DNA of 64,000 bases from Octopus vulgaris (GCA_951406725.2 OX597832.1:29264001-29328000); one strand, 5' to 3'; positions 39,701 through 52,873 are shown, numbered from the stretch's first letter. Numbers and translations are program-made. Notes: generated from the letters alone by a model not told the origin.

Positions 39701-42659
39701 CTCTGCTGAGACATGTTCCCCCTCACAGACACCTGTGATTCTACCAAACATGATGGTTCCTCAGACACGGTTGAATGGTTTGTCATTGCCAGTACCGCCT
39801 GACTGGCACGTAAAAAGCACCCACTACACTCATGGAGTGGTTGGCATTACGAAGGGCATCAAGCTGTAGAAACTCTGCCAGATCAGACTGGAGCCTGAAG
39901 ATCATTGGGTAATGATCAAAAGGTCAAAATTCAAATATATATATATATATATATTTTGACCATAGAGTAGATAGTCTTGATTTGGTTTTCAGTGCCACAT
40001 GTAGCACCTCAGTCTTCACTGCTACATGTTCAACAGCAAGCCACACTTCTTTATTCCACATCAAACATAATCTAGCATTTTTATTTTTATTTCTTTCTAA
40101 CTCATTCAGACCCCTACACAATGGCTTGGCTCTCCATTGGTTACAAAGACGATGGTTTCAGCTGATTCAGTCGATGGAACAGCCAACTCATGAAATGAAC
40201 GTGCAAGTGGCTGAGCACCCCACAGACACGTGCATCCATAACGTAGTTCTTCAGGGAGATTCAGAGTGACACAGAATGTGACAAGACTGGCCCCTTTGTA
40301 TAACAGGTACTACTCCTGTTTGCCAGCTGAATGGACTGAAGTAACATGAAATAAAGACCCATTCAATAGCCAGAACATATATATAAGACAGCCTCAACGC
40401 CACACACCACCCCAGACTCCTCTAAACCATAAGGATTGATTAATCCTACCTATTGATGTTTGGGGTGAGAGGTGGGTAGAATCAATCCACAGCCAATGAA
40501 GTTGTGTTTTCAGACATTTCTCAATAAATTCTTCTGCTTGGTTTCAACAATAATGGTTCCAACACAAACAGATTTAAGGACTCTGCGTCAAACGGGAAAC
40601 AGCAAAGTGAAGAATCTTCAAAGGTTCCCTCGACTGGTTGTGTTTCAAGAGGATTCCTTTGAAAGGGGTTTTCGTGAGTGACCTCTCTGAAATGATGTTT
40701 CCTGAGGTAGTTTCTATTAGAAAAAAGGGGCCAACCCTACAGATTTATTAAATATTCTAAGGTGAGTAATGGGTGTCTCTGAGAAATCTCATTCAAGTTG
40801 ATGCTATCATCATCGAGTCACAAATTTTCCGCAGAAACAAGGAAACTGTGTTTCCACTGTTTTTTTTTGTTTTTTTTAATTGCTGATTCTGTCTGTTGGT
40901 CCCTCTCCTCCACTGCCCAAGTGACAAGAGGAAAAATTTCAGCTCAGACTTAGAACTGATACAGCAACACATCACATCCAACTCTCCAACAGTTACATCA
41001 ATCCCCTGCCAGTACTTTAACCTCTGATCAAAGGCAAAGATGAGTGCTGAGCTCAAAGCACTGTAATGAGTCGGCTATTTCACTGTGTTTTAATGAAATA
41101 ATGAAGTTTTGAGAAAGAAAATGAAGAATGATAAAGTGATAATGAACATTTCAAGAACTGACAAGAATTTCTTGAAGAATTTCTAAGAAATATGTAATCC
41201 AAATTCTCTAATTAATATCCAAGTTAAATATATAATTAATAATTAGAATTATCTACAAAATACCACCTATTCTAGATTATTAATAAACAACATATAAATC
41301 ATTGTAATCCTTATCTACAAATCCTTCATGAAAACTAATTAACATTCTCAACAAATTGTGTTTAATTACAAAACAGTCTAATTAAAGAATTAAAATGTTA
41401 CACAAATTAATAAAAGATTAATTCAATCCTTTTCCTTCCACAGTCTCTGACACACACACACACACACACACACACTGTTCGTCACAAATTATTCACACTT
41501 TATCAGTCGTAGTTAGTTAACTAGCATGCAACAGTTTACCAATAACACAACAACAAGGTAACTACTTCGGTTGTTAGTATAACTACGACATTATGTCGGA
41601 TTGAATGATGCAACAATAGAGACCAGTGGGTGGGGGGGACCTGGGACGTGGTCAAGTCGAACAACAAACGTGCAGAGAAGACTACGGAGAACAATGTTAT
41701 CGTAAACTTTGATGCAATTAAATATCTGAGAAAGAACCAAATTAACAAAGACTAATTAATGCAAAGTCATGCAGTAAGTTTGTGACGCCTCCAACAAGCA
41801 AAGCCATTTTAAAATTCTTCAAACTATAAAAGAGTTTGTATGTGTTGTAGCATTTTGAGAATTTTGTGTCCAATCAAAGTTTGGCAAATGCAGAAGAATA
41901 GCAAGAACTCTAAAGAAAACTCGATATCTTTCAAAACAGTCTGAGATGGGGGACGACTTTCCAAGAACGGTCAGCTAAGAATGTGGTGCTAATAAGTATG
42001 TGGAATAGCCATCAATTTGAATGTCTTATAAAAAAAAATGGGGAAGACATTGAGAGAACTATTTAATATTAGTTGTATCTATATTAATTAATTAATGTAA
42101 ATTATATAGCTGTCATTAAATCAGTCTTTTACAAGCAAGACAACCATTTCAGTTGGACTGCCATGGTCTGAATGTCAGCCAGAACACAAGACATTCCGCT
42201 GCATTTTATACAAAGTCTCTACGATATATAGAGAATGGATTTCCAAGAATTCCATCAGGGAAAGTTTTTGTAAAATGATAAACCTGGAAATTAGGGGTTT
42301 CTGGATAACACCCACATATCTGACCAAGAAGTGGTGTGAGTGTGTGTGCATGAGACTAAGGAATATGCATCAACGTATTATAGCTATGATCTGAGACATT
42401 AAACAGGACAGTCATAATAGGTACACAAATAAGGCAGTCAGAGAAGTATAAGTCTGTTATGAAACTTAGGTTGTTGAATAAGACAATCATAACAGTTGTC
42501 ATAACGCAAAGCCAGTCATTTATCACACTGACTAAGTCATAAGAGTTCTGTCATTGAATAGTATGGTCCTGGAAGTTCAATCATAAGTAAGATGAGGGAG
42601 TCTCTATCTCATAATAAACCTGTCTAAATACTAACTTTACTTTTAAGATAGAATGTCAG

Positions 42660-42694
<35 letters not shown>

Positions 42695-44833
42695 GTATAT
42701 ATCTTATAAAATACCAACAATTAGAACTGGTGATACACACGAGGAGAATCACAATATTAATGATGGAACATCCAAGTGAAACTTGAGTTGGAGGAAAAGT
42801 GGACAGGGGATGGGGTAGGGGGATAAAAATACATCAACAACAACAATAATAATAACAACAACAACAAAAATATGTGACTAATCCAAAGAAGTCAACTCAA
42901 CACCAGCCAATCATTTTGCAAGCAAAAAATGCAGACAATATTGAACAGAACAATACCATTCCATCATATTTGAGAGGCCAATATCAGACAAGTGGCTCCA
43001 CCAAGCAGAACAACACCTCATGATTTAGAATTTAATGATTTCACTTTCAAATTTATTTTCTTAGATTTAAATATAGTTTTGTACAAGTGACACAGTAATG
43101 GTCACAGGAGAAGAACTTCAAAATGTTAATTTTCTAAATTTAAAAAGAAAAATATAAATAATTTTATCACTTTGATTAAGTTGAATTCATGTTTATTTAT
43201 TTGCCATAATTGTTGTGACCAAGTTTAACAGAAATATGGCACTACTGAAATGGACATTGTCCCATCGCCCTATATTCACAATCTGGACACTGATGTTACT
43301 ACCTCACCTGCATCTCTGAGATATCAATGTAAAAAGTAAAACTGATATTGTCAACAAATACAGACATCTCGAGAATAAACATTTTTGATAATATGACTCT
43401 TCTAAGTACAACAACGAATACATTCATATATATATACAATATTATCCAGAAGAGGTGATATTAGACCAAAATTTGGAAAAAGCCTTGTTGTCCAGAATAA
43501 AAGGCAAGGCAGCCATGTTGTGCTTCGTTGTCTGATATTGACCAATTACCATGTTGAGTGAAAAAACACAGAGAGCAGAGCAGAGCAGAGAAGAAAGAAG
43601 TTGAGTAATAAGTAGAGAGCTATGGAAACAACTGTTGCCAAATCAAGAAACGACAGCTAGAAAAACAACAGTTAAGACAACCATACAGTACCTCTGAGGG
43701 GGGACAGCCATTCACAGTGAAGAAACCAAACTTAGTTGGTTGTTTCAGTTAAACCAGATAGAAATATCTGAAAATGTGTTACACACATTAAAAATGATGT
43801 AATGAAACAAATCAATTACGGTTGAATATACACACACATGATTAACGCGTTAAATTACACAGGTCGCATTGTAAACACGACCCGGTGTTACACAGAGACA
43901 CACACTCAGTCGGTGAACTGGACATTTTGTAACGTAGAAAAGACAGGTGACACACAACGTTTCTGATTCTAAAACTGAGATTTTCTAGAAATACAATGAG
44001 AATATGAAGAAATGGTGGTGTAATGTTAGAGAGTAAGAAGAATGAGGAGTTTGGAGTTTACTGTGGTGAGGAGTACAAGTATTTCTGGGAGCTGTTCAGT
44101 ACTGTAATAGTATTGTGGTAGTAGTAGTCGTTGTAGTAGCAATGTTTTGTACTGTGGTAGAAATGGTATTGTATGTATACAACAGTATGGTAAGTACAGA
44201 GATGTCAAGAGTAGAATAGAAATATTTTACAGGAAAAACAAATCAGAAAACATATTGAAAAAACTTAATGAAGTGATTGTAGAAGGATTCAATCATTCAA
44301 CCTCTCTCTCTCTCTCAGCATACACACACACATACAACTCACACATGTGCAGGCGTGCATGTACACACACATGCGTACATACACACACACACCCTGTTTC
44401 ATCTTTCCTTCAAAAAGAAATTCCCAGATAATTCCAGATTAAATCTAAAAGTACATCACCACAACCATCACCTCCCCTACCTTAACACCTGACACAGGAA
44501 GCAAGGGAGCATAACAACAACAACAACAAGAGCAGTAATAATAATAATAATAATAATAATAATTATTATAATAATAATAATAATAATAATAATTATAATA
44601 ATAATAATTTTTTTTTTCAAACTATGGCAAAAGGCCAGCAATTTTAGGGAAAGGTGGTTAATCGATTGCATCAACCCCCAGTGTATGACTGGTACTTTAT
44701 TTTATCAACCCTGAAAGGATGAAAGGCGAAGTCGACCTTGCTAGGATTTGAACTCAGAATGTAAGGAATTGGAAAAAATACAAGAAAGCATTTTTTCTAA
44801 TTCTCTAACAATTCTGTGAGAATCTAACAACCA

Positions 44834-44867
<34 letters not shown>

Positions 44868-45333
44868 GTAATAATAATAATAAAAGCAACAATATTAACA
44901 GTGGTTGTTTGATGTTGGTAAAGTCTTAAAGAAATAAAGAAAACCAAATTATTCAGAATCTATAAAGAGCAACATGTCTGTTGATGCCACTAAAAGAACC
45001 AAACCCACTCCAATCAATATTTTATTTATATTGAAACCACCCCCCAAAAAACTGATCAATTTATCTTATTAGTTACCTCCCGTGTATGTTTATTTTTTTC
45101 TTTGTTTTAAACAGCTGTAGAGAAAGTGTTTGTCTGCTCATTGCTTGGATAATCTGAGGTGATCGAAGATTTTCAGCTCCACCATATTTTGGATATGTGA
45201 AAGTTTGTAAACATTTATAAACATAGAGAAGTAGAAAGGAGAGAGAGAGAGGGAAAGAGTAGGAGGAAGAGGGATATAGAGGAGGAAGAGGATGGAGGAC
45301 AAGGAAAAGTGTGTGTGTATGTGTGTCACTTAC

Positions 45334-45472
45334 TTTATCTCCAACAATCTCCCCTAGTTTCTCGTAGATTTCATTAAAACCAGCCTTCAAAGATTCGTGA
45401 TAATCTTTTTGTTCCGTCTCAATGAGTTTCGCATTCAAATCCAACGCTTCACTGCAGATATGGATAAAGTTC
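45334..45472 (-). CDS. DOCK9: DOCK-D exon ending DHR2: NFIHICSEALDLNAKLIETEQKDYHESLKAGFNEIYEKLGEIVGDK
   Basis: tttcag| ... |gtaagt; 139 nt, phase 2->0; C..AL..N..LI...Q..Y.E motif. Confidence 0.94.
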
Positions 45473-45873
45473 CTGAAACGAGAGAGGGGGAGGGAGGTTA
45501 GATTACTGTGGAAGGTGGGTGGGTGGATGCAGTAGATCTAACCAGAGAGAGAGAGAGAGAGTATAGTTGAGAGAGGGGGGAGAAGAGACAGTGGTTTGCC
45601 AGAGACAAAAGATTAAGAGGGAGACGCCAACAAGTGTGAAGGTGAAGGAGGAGGAGGAGCAAAAGAAGAAGGAGGAGAAGAAGAAGGAGGAGGAGAAAAA
45701 GAAAGAGGAGGAGGAGGAGGAGGAGAAGAAGAGGAGGAGAAAAAGGAGAAGAAGAAGAAAAGGAGGAGGAGGAGGAAAAGAAAAAGGAGTTGAAGGAGAA
45801 AAAGAAGGGGAAGAAGAAGATGGAGAAGAAGAAGAAGGAGGAGGAGGAGAAGATGATGATGCTGCTGACTTAC

Positions 45874-45974
45874 TTAAAGACATCTTTGAGTGCTGCCACT
45901 TTACCAACTGGATACTTGTTGACTTTGTCTTTACTGAGGAACGCTTCAGCATAGGCTAACGGACCAGCATGCAC
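45874..45974 (-). CDS. DOCK9: DOCK-D exon with nucleotide-sensor valine: VHAGPLAYAEAFLSKDKVNKYPVGKVAALKDVF(K)
   Basis: ccgcag| ... |gtaagt; 101 nt, phase 0->2; V.AGPLAYA.AFL motif. Confidence 0.95.
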
Positions 45975-46167
45975 CTGCGGGAGGACACACAGACAGAAGA
46001 ATCAGAACAGAGGAGCTTTAACAGCATGCTTTTTTGCAGTCTCTTCATTCGCAGCAGACACCTTGTCCAGCACTCACAGCAGACACACACGGCACCGACA
46101 CCAATATTGAGAACATCTGTTTAACCGTTTAGCATTCAGATTGTTCTGTTAAATGTAACATTTCTTC

Positions 46168-46315
46168 CATTCTTTTATTCTTTCATTCTTTTATTCTTTT
46201 ATTCTTTAAATTCTTTCATTATTTAATTCTTTCATTCTTTTATTCTTTCATTCTTTTATTCTTTCGTTCTTTAATTCTTTCATTCTTTAATTCTTTTTAT
46301 TCTTTAATTCTTTTA
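46168..46315. repeat. (ATTCTTTT/ATTCTTTC)n octamer tandem repeat at a SINE tail
   Basis: Directly visible. Confidence 0.85.
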
Positions 46316-46639
46316 CATGTTTCAGTCATTTGACTGCAGCCATGCTGGAGAACAATCTTAAAGGGTTTTATGTCGAAGAAATCGACCCCAGGGCTTATTC
46401 TTTGTAAATCTAGTCTGTATTCTATCAATCCCTTTTGCCAAACTGCTAGGTTACAGGGACATAAACACACCAACATCGGTTGTCAAGCGATGGTAGGTGG
46501 GAAAAATAAAGACACAAAAGCACATACACATAGATACACACACACACACACACACACATACACACATATATGTATATATATATATATATATATCATCATC
46601 ATCGTTTAGCGTCCGTTTTCCATGCTAGCATGGGTTATA

Positions 46640-46672
<33 letters not shown>

Positions 46673-47063
46673 TGTGTACAGTGCTCAGGTGCAACATACA
46701 CACACACACACAATGAGCTTCTTTCAGTTTCCATCTACCAAATCCACTCAGAAGGTTTTGGTTGACCTGAGGCTATAAAAAATAAAATTCTTGCCTAAGG
46801 TACCATGCTGTGGGAATGAACCCAGAACCATGTGGTTGGGAAGCAAGCTTCTTACCACACAGCCATGCCTTGTCTCGTAGCTTCGAGATTTTGACAATGC
46901 ATTTGTTTATACTTAGAACAACATTGCAGGGTATGCATGAGAGGCCTGATCTGGTCCGTTTGGACACAAAACCAGCAGAATATTTTGGCCAGTTTGAATG
47001 CTAGAGGGTTAAATCCGTAAACACCATGTATGTAGAAAGTAGGGTGTATAACGTTTACCGTAC

Positions 47064-47254
47064 CTGGGTACTGACACAGCCTTGTAGGTTCAAATGGAGC
47101 TTCTTAACGTCAGGGGTGACAGCTCGGACAACTTCCTGAAGGTCAATCACTTTATTGTGCAGCTCGTCAATGGCTACTTCGATGGGGGACAGTTCCTGCT
47201 CCATGTGTTCAATGATTTCTATCCTCTTCTTCACGTACGGAAAGGTGTGCGAGG
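47064..47254 (-). CDS. DOCK9: DOCK-D exon: (T)SHTFPYVKKRIEII...LSPIEVAIDEL...DVKKLHLNLQGCVSTQ
   Basis: ctccag| ... |gtacgg; 191 nt, phase 1->0; FPYVKKRI, PIEVAIDE and LQG.VS.Q motifs. Confidence 0.96.
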
Positions 47255-47915
47255 CTGGAGAGAGAGACAAACAGACAGACAGACATGATACATCGCATAA
47301 TACATACTATATTCTTTTACTTGTTTCAGTCATTTGACTGCAGCCATGCTGGAAACTGCTTTGAAGGGTTTTAGTCAAACAAATCGACCCCAGGACTTAT
47401 TTTTTAAGCCTTGTATTTATTCTATTAGTCTCTTTTGCTAAATCACTAAGTTACTGGGACATAAACAAACCAACACCAATTATCAAACGATGAAGGGGGG
47501 ACAAACACAGACACAAACACATACACACATATATATATATATATATAACAAGCTTCTTTCAGTTTCCATCTATCAAATCCACTCACAAAGATTTCATTAG
47601 CCTGAGGCTATAGTAGAAGACACTCGCCCAAGGTGCCAGGCAGTGGGACTGAACCTGGAACCATGTGGTTGGGAAGCAAGCTTCTTATCACACAGCTACG
47701 CCTGTGTCAATGTCTATATACACTCTTATTTGTTTCAGTCATTTGACTGTGGCCATGCTAGAGCACCGCCTTTAGTCGAGCAAATCGACCCCATTAAGTC
47801 CAGTACTTATTCTATCAATCTCTTTTTTGCCGAAGTGCTAAGTTATGGGGATGCAAACACACCAGCACCGGTTGTCAAGCGATGTTGAGGGACAAACACA
47901 GACACACAAACATAT

Positions 47916-47967
<52 letters not shown>

Positions 47968-49002
47968 CGGGCTTCTTTCAGTTTCTATCTACCAAATCCA
48001 CTCACAAGGTTTTGGTTGGCCCAAGGCTATAGTAGAAGACACTTGCCCAAGGTGCCACGCAATGGGACTGAACCCAGAACCATGTGGTTTGTAAGCAGGC
48101 TACTTACCACACAGCCACTCCTGCGCCAATATTTCAAGATCCTGGTATGAGAATAACATCAGCTTGACCACTGCTGACCAGTATCATTCGGACAACTAAA
48201 AGAGGACAGGTTGATGGGGGAGGGGGTTTCAATTAATAGAACAGCCAACCCCTACAGAACCATCAACACTTGGAATTATCAAGGGAGGTAACTAAAATAA
48301 GCCAACTGGATCAATGGCTAGAATTGCCACTAAGTCTGTTTTATTTCACCAACTAAATGGTAAATTCTAATTGACCCCTGTTGGTTGTGCACCTCATCAT
48401 TTAACTTGTCAGCATCATTTGTCAATGGTTGCCGCTAGGTTTGTATTTTCAATACATCCCTCATCAAAAACCATGCCAACGGCAGTTATCTCCCTTTTGC
48501 TCAAACATGAAATATTATTGGCAAAAAATTTTCAGAGCCATTTGTTTCTCGACGCAAATAAATCAGGCTTCAGCAGACAATGCTACAGTGGAAGAGGCCA
48601 CAGAAGTATGAAATATAACGTGTGCGTGTGCACATATACGTACACATGTGCATGTGTGTGTGTGTGTATATGTGAAGGCACAATGGTCCAGTGGTTAGGG
48701 CAGCGGACTTGCGGTCGTAGGATTGCGGTTTCGATTCCCAGACAGGGCGTTGTGAGTGTTTATTGAGCGAAAACACCTAAAGCTCCACGAGGCTCTGGCA
48801 GGGAGTGGTGGCGATCCCTGCTGTACTCTTTCGCCACAACTTTCTCTCACTCTTTCTTCTGTTGGCCTGCTCGCTTAGCCAGTGTTTGTCAGAATATGCA
48901 GTAATGTAGCCCTCAAACGTAGCAGCTGTTTACAAGCGATAGGTGTGTTAGTGCTAGACTGACCAAAGATTGAGGGCCAAAAATGTGAGAAGGGAGACTT
49001 AC

Positions 49003-49213
49003 TGGTCAGTATTGTCCGTAGTTTGTACTGTTCCGTGATGGAGCCATGAGCAGGTCCGTTCTTCGTAAACGGGGTTTCAAACATGAAGCGCTGTATGTTG
49101 TTGTTGCGTTCAAATTCTGTGAGTCGTTCCTTACTTTCCTCTTTAGTGAAATAAGGGGTTACATAAGTGACCTGGATGAAGGCATATTTAGGGTCAAGTT
49201 CATCAACATTCAC
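49003..49213 (-). CDS. DOCK9: DOCK-D exon: VNVDELDPKYAFIQVTYVTPYF...TEFERNNNIQRFMFETPFTKNGPAHGSITEQYKLRTILT
   Basis: tttcag| ... |gtaagt; 211 nt, phase 0->1; DHR2 lobe B motifs. Confidence 0.96.
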
Positions 49214-49580
49214 CTGAAAATAGAGAAGAGTTCCATGTTATCACTGAAACAGGGAAAAGTGACAAGTTGGATAAGTTCACCTAATACTAATGTGAAGTAA
49301 ATCTGAAGTTAGACTGGTCCAAATTACACTGAAGAAGGTTTGGGTCTGTGGTTAGACCAGTCCATATTGTACTAAAGAGAGTTAGAGGTTGGCAGACAGA
49401 GCAGGTTACAGTATAATGAAATAATGATGGGGGGAGAAAGTAAGCCATTAATTAGAAAGTGAGGGATGTTGTCGTTCCATTGATGATTTCTGTTATAAAA
49501 GATTGGTTTCACACAAATGGTTGGAACAACAATAAGAAACACATCAAACAAGACCACCACTGAAGAATTATTGAGCTAAC

Positions 49581-49727
49581 CTTCTTAGAATCCATAATCA
49601 ACTTCACATTCTCTTTGCCGTAGCGGTATGTATATAAATTGAACAATCGGTCACAGATTTCTGAAAGGTTGGTCACTTTGGGTTCTTTATAAATATATTC
49701 TTTGCCGTTTTCTTCATCAAAGTGAGC
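49581..49727 (-). CDS. DOCK9: DOCK-D exon: [49 protein letters not shown]
   Basis: ttttag| ... |gttagc; 147 nt, phase 0->0; [15 protein letters not shown] motif. Absent from the ORF track, translated by hand. Confidence 0.95.
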
Positions 49728-50297
49728 CTAAAATTTGTACAAAATAAATACAAAAACATATCAGTGCCAAGAGGTAAAATGATCAAAGGGTCATGTGACC
49801 ACAATTATAAAGAAACTTGTTTACATTATTGTAATATTGATAGCATATCTATATGAGCAGGGAGCTGTGAAGGTGCCCCATTCATTCCACAGCCCTTAAT
49901 CCCCATCTCTAGCCATTTGCTGCACACCTTACCTATCAATCTAACCCCTATAATCTGAGAATGCCCTCACCATTTCTCCCTCTCACTTTCCAGCTGGGGT
50001 AACCCTGTATTTCCTCTTCAATGAGACACCTGTTCCTGTCCCTCTATCATTCTTTCACCTCTCTCAATCCTAAACCCCAATCTCAGATGAGGGATCTTGT
50101 CTTGTAAGTTTCTTGGTGACCTCACTAGTACCAGTGCCACGAAAAAGGCACCCAGTCCATTCTGTAAAGTAGTTGGCATTGGGAAGGGCATCCAGCTGCA
50201 GGAACCATATTAAGGGGCAGACACTGGAGCTCAGCACAGTTCCTCTGGCTTGTCAGTTCTCATTGAACCATCCAATCCATGTCAGCATATGAAAAGA

Positions 50298-50529
50298 CGG
50301 CGAGCTGGCAGAAACGTTAGCACACCAGGAGAAATGCTTAGCAGCATTTCGTCTGCCACTATGTTCTGAGTTCAAATTCCGCCAAGGTTGACTTTGCCTT
50401 TCATTCTTTCAGGCTCGATAAATAAAGTATCAGTTACGCACTGGGGTCCATGTAATTGACTTAACCCGTTTGTCTGTCCTTGTTTGTCCCCTCTGTGTTT
50501 AACCCCTTGTGGGTAATAAAGAAATAAGT
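50298..50529 (+). mobile_element. SINE family A copy, + orientation, nested in the tail of another SINE
   Basis: GGCGAGCTGGCAGAAACGTTAGCAC head; flanking ATATGAAA duplication. Confidence 0.8.
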
Positions 50530-51154
50530 ATATGAAATGGATGTTAAACGAGGATGTAATTATATGACTAGAGACTCATCTGTTTTGGATATATTAGTTT
50601 AACCTAGTATTTGTATCTTAACCCAAACAACAATCAATGTGCCTCAGACATATTGTCGTATATTCTCACTCAAACATTTTAAATAGGGTTGAAAGATTTC
50701 AAACATTTAAACCAGAGAATCTCAAAGTTTTTGACATTGCAGTGGAATGGAGGTCAAACATTTCTCGTGGACATTACATGAAAAATTAAAAGGAAAACCG
50801 TTTTTAAATTTAAAAACTTGAACCTTGCAGCTGCCCCTAAATGTGTGCTGCATTGCAGTGTTTGAAAACCAACAGTTAAAGCCAATGTTAATTAAAAACT
50901 GAACAACACCTTATGTCATCTCTCCTGGACAACTGTACATACACGCATTGCATGTAAGCGGTCCACCTTGATGTGGACACAACAAAGCTTCTCCAGGAGG
51001 AATCATAGAATGGAATTGCATTCAAGCTGAAGACAACAAACCATCCTAAGAACAGATTGGTGAATACTGGAGCTAAATAACCAGGAACCGTCACAGACAA
51101 ATTTAGCGTTTAAAAGTCTTGTCAATTAGTTCTACAAAAGTGTAAAGTATTTCT

Positions 51155-51363
51155 TATTGCTTTATTGCCCACAAGGGGCTAAACATAGAGGGGACAATCG
51201 AAGACATCGACCCCAGTGCGTAACTGGTACTTGATTTATCGACCCTGAAAGGATGAAAGGCAAAGTCAACCTTGGCGGAATTTGAACTCAGAACGTAAAG
51301 ACAGACGAAATACCACTAAGCATTTCGTCCGACGTGCTAACGTTTCTGCCAGCTCCCTGACTT
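51155..51363 (-). mobile_element. SINE family A copy with 15-bp TSD
   Basis: GTGTAAAGTATTTCT at 51140-51154 and 51364-51378. Confidence 0.8.
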
Positions 51364-51631
51364 GTGTAAAGTATTTCTGAGACCCGAAACATTACAGGGT
51401 TGCAAAACCATTTAAACCCCAATGAATGACAGAAACCTTGCCAGGGGTAAGGGCCCTGCACTTGGTCATCCCTATAGTCATTAGAGTAAAGGATCTGGAG
51501 GTGAAAAAACAAGATAGAATATCAAACAAGAGCCAATATTCCCTCACTGGCACACTGTGCCACCACTCGGAAAGAATCCAACAATGATGGCAGGTGACAA
51601 GACTGAATTGCATCTCAAAATTTCTTTCAAA

Positions 51632-51830
51632 AAACTTGCATTCTTACTTGTCCAAAAAATCGCATCCTTACCTGTCCATTTTTACCTGTCCAAAAGCTTG
51701 CATTCTTACCTGTCCAAAAACTTGCATTCTTACTTGTCCAAAAAATCGCATCCTTACCTGTCCATTTTTACCTGTCCAAAAGCTTGCATTCTTACCTGTC
51801 TAAAAACATCATTCTTACCTGTCCATAAAA
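51632..51830 (-). repeat. Tandem array of copies of the exon/intron junction GGACAG|GTAAGAATG
   Basis: Eight copies downstream of the real donor, arranged as two 86-bp higher-order units. Confidence 0.9.
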
Positions 51831-51932
51831 TGCTACACGATAATATTTTCCAAGGAGCCGTTTGCCAGAGTGCATCACTTCAACGATTTTATTGTAAGCT
51901 TCAAATAATTTGCGGTAAGTCTCAGATAATCT
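51819..51932 (-). CDS. DOCK9: DOCK-D exon: [38 protein letters not shown]
   Basis: ttacag| ... |gtaaga; 114 nt, phase 0->0; EVMHSG.RLLG.Y.RVAF.GQ motif. Confidence 0.95.
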
Positions 51933-52443
51933 CTGTAAAAGAAGAATTAAAGGATAAGAGATTAGAGAGAGGAGAGGGGGGGGGGACATTTAAGAATTGG
52001 TAAAGAGAGAGAGGGGGAGATTGGTAATGAGATTGGGATTGGTAATGAGGGAGAGAGGTGGGAGTTGAGGTGGGAGTGTAGGCATCTAAGAATTGGTTAA
52101 AAAAAAAAGGGAATTATTTCACAACAAATGACTAAAATAGGGGTTGTCGTTTAAAGAGGGGAGAATGGGAAAATAGGATAGAATTGATGTGATGGTGATA
52201 GTGGTGATGATCATCGTTTTTTGAGTGATAGCGGCGGTAGTGTTGGTGGCCATGTTGTTGATAGTCGTGGTGGTGGTGGTGTAGTCAGAGATAATGTACA
52301 TAAATATGATGATAATGATGATGATTATGATGGTGGTAGTGATAATAATGATGGTGACTGTGATGATGGTGGTGATGATGATGATGACGATGATGATGGT
52401 GATGATGATGATGATGGTGATGACGATGATGATGATAGCTTAC

Positions 52444-52566
52444 CTCAAAGTCTCTGGCCACTTCATACATTGGAATAATGAGTTTGTAAATGTCCCCTAA
52501 AACTTCATAGCGTTCAGCTTGTTCTATGATTCGGGCAGCTTGTTCCAGGTTCTCAATCAACGTATT
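52444..52566 (-). CDS. DOCK9: DOCK-D exon: NTLIENLEQAARIIEQAERYEVLGDIYKLIIPMYEVARDFE
   Basis: ctgcag| ... |gtaagc; 123 nt, phase 0->0; AERYE...IYKLIIP.YE..RDFE motif. Confidence 0.95.
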
Positions 52567-52873
52567 CTGCAGGAACACAAGACACAAAACATGGAATGAT
52601 ATGTGTATTTCTTCATCAACAAACACTCAACCCTCTCCCTCCCCCCTTCTACACCCAACACAGAAGAGCCTCAACTGGGGTCCCTCGTCCGTCAAGAAAT
52701 AGCAACTGTAGCTCCTCACTTAATAGTTGTATGAATTCCTAAAAATTAATGGGGGTGGTCACAGTTTATTATCGTTTATTATTGAAGCTTACATCAGTTC
52801 CTCCGTGGTGTGGTTTTGCATTTATAATAAAATAAATATATACAAATAATAAAAATAATTTTAAAAAATATAC

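Noticed and set aside
40645-41640. Other possible DOCK tail exons (KLPQETSFQRGHSRKPLSKESS* at 40713; VPPTHWSLLL... at 41640)
   Set aside because: Only an acceptor-like site and a short frame, with no similarity to known tails; cannot be told apart from chance.
48675-48740. tRNA gene-like A/B boxes
   Set aside because: Head of a multi-copy SINE; no complete cloverleaf.
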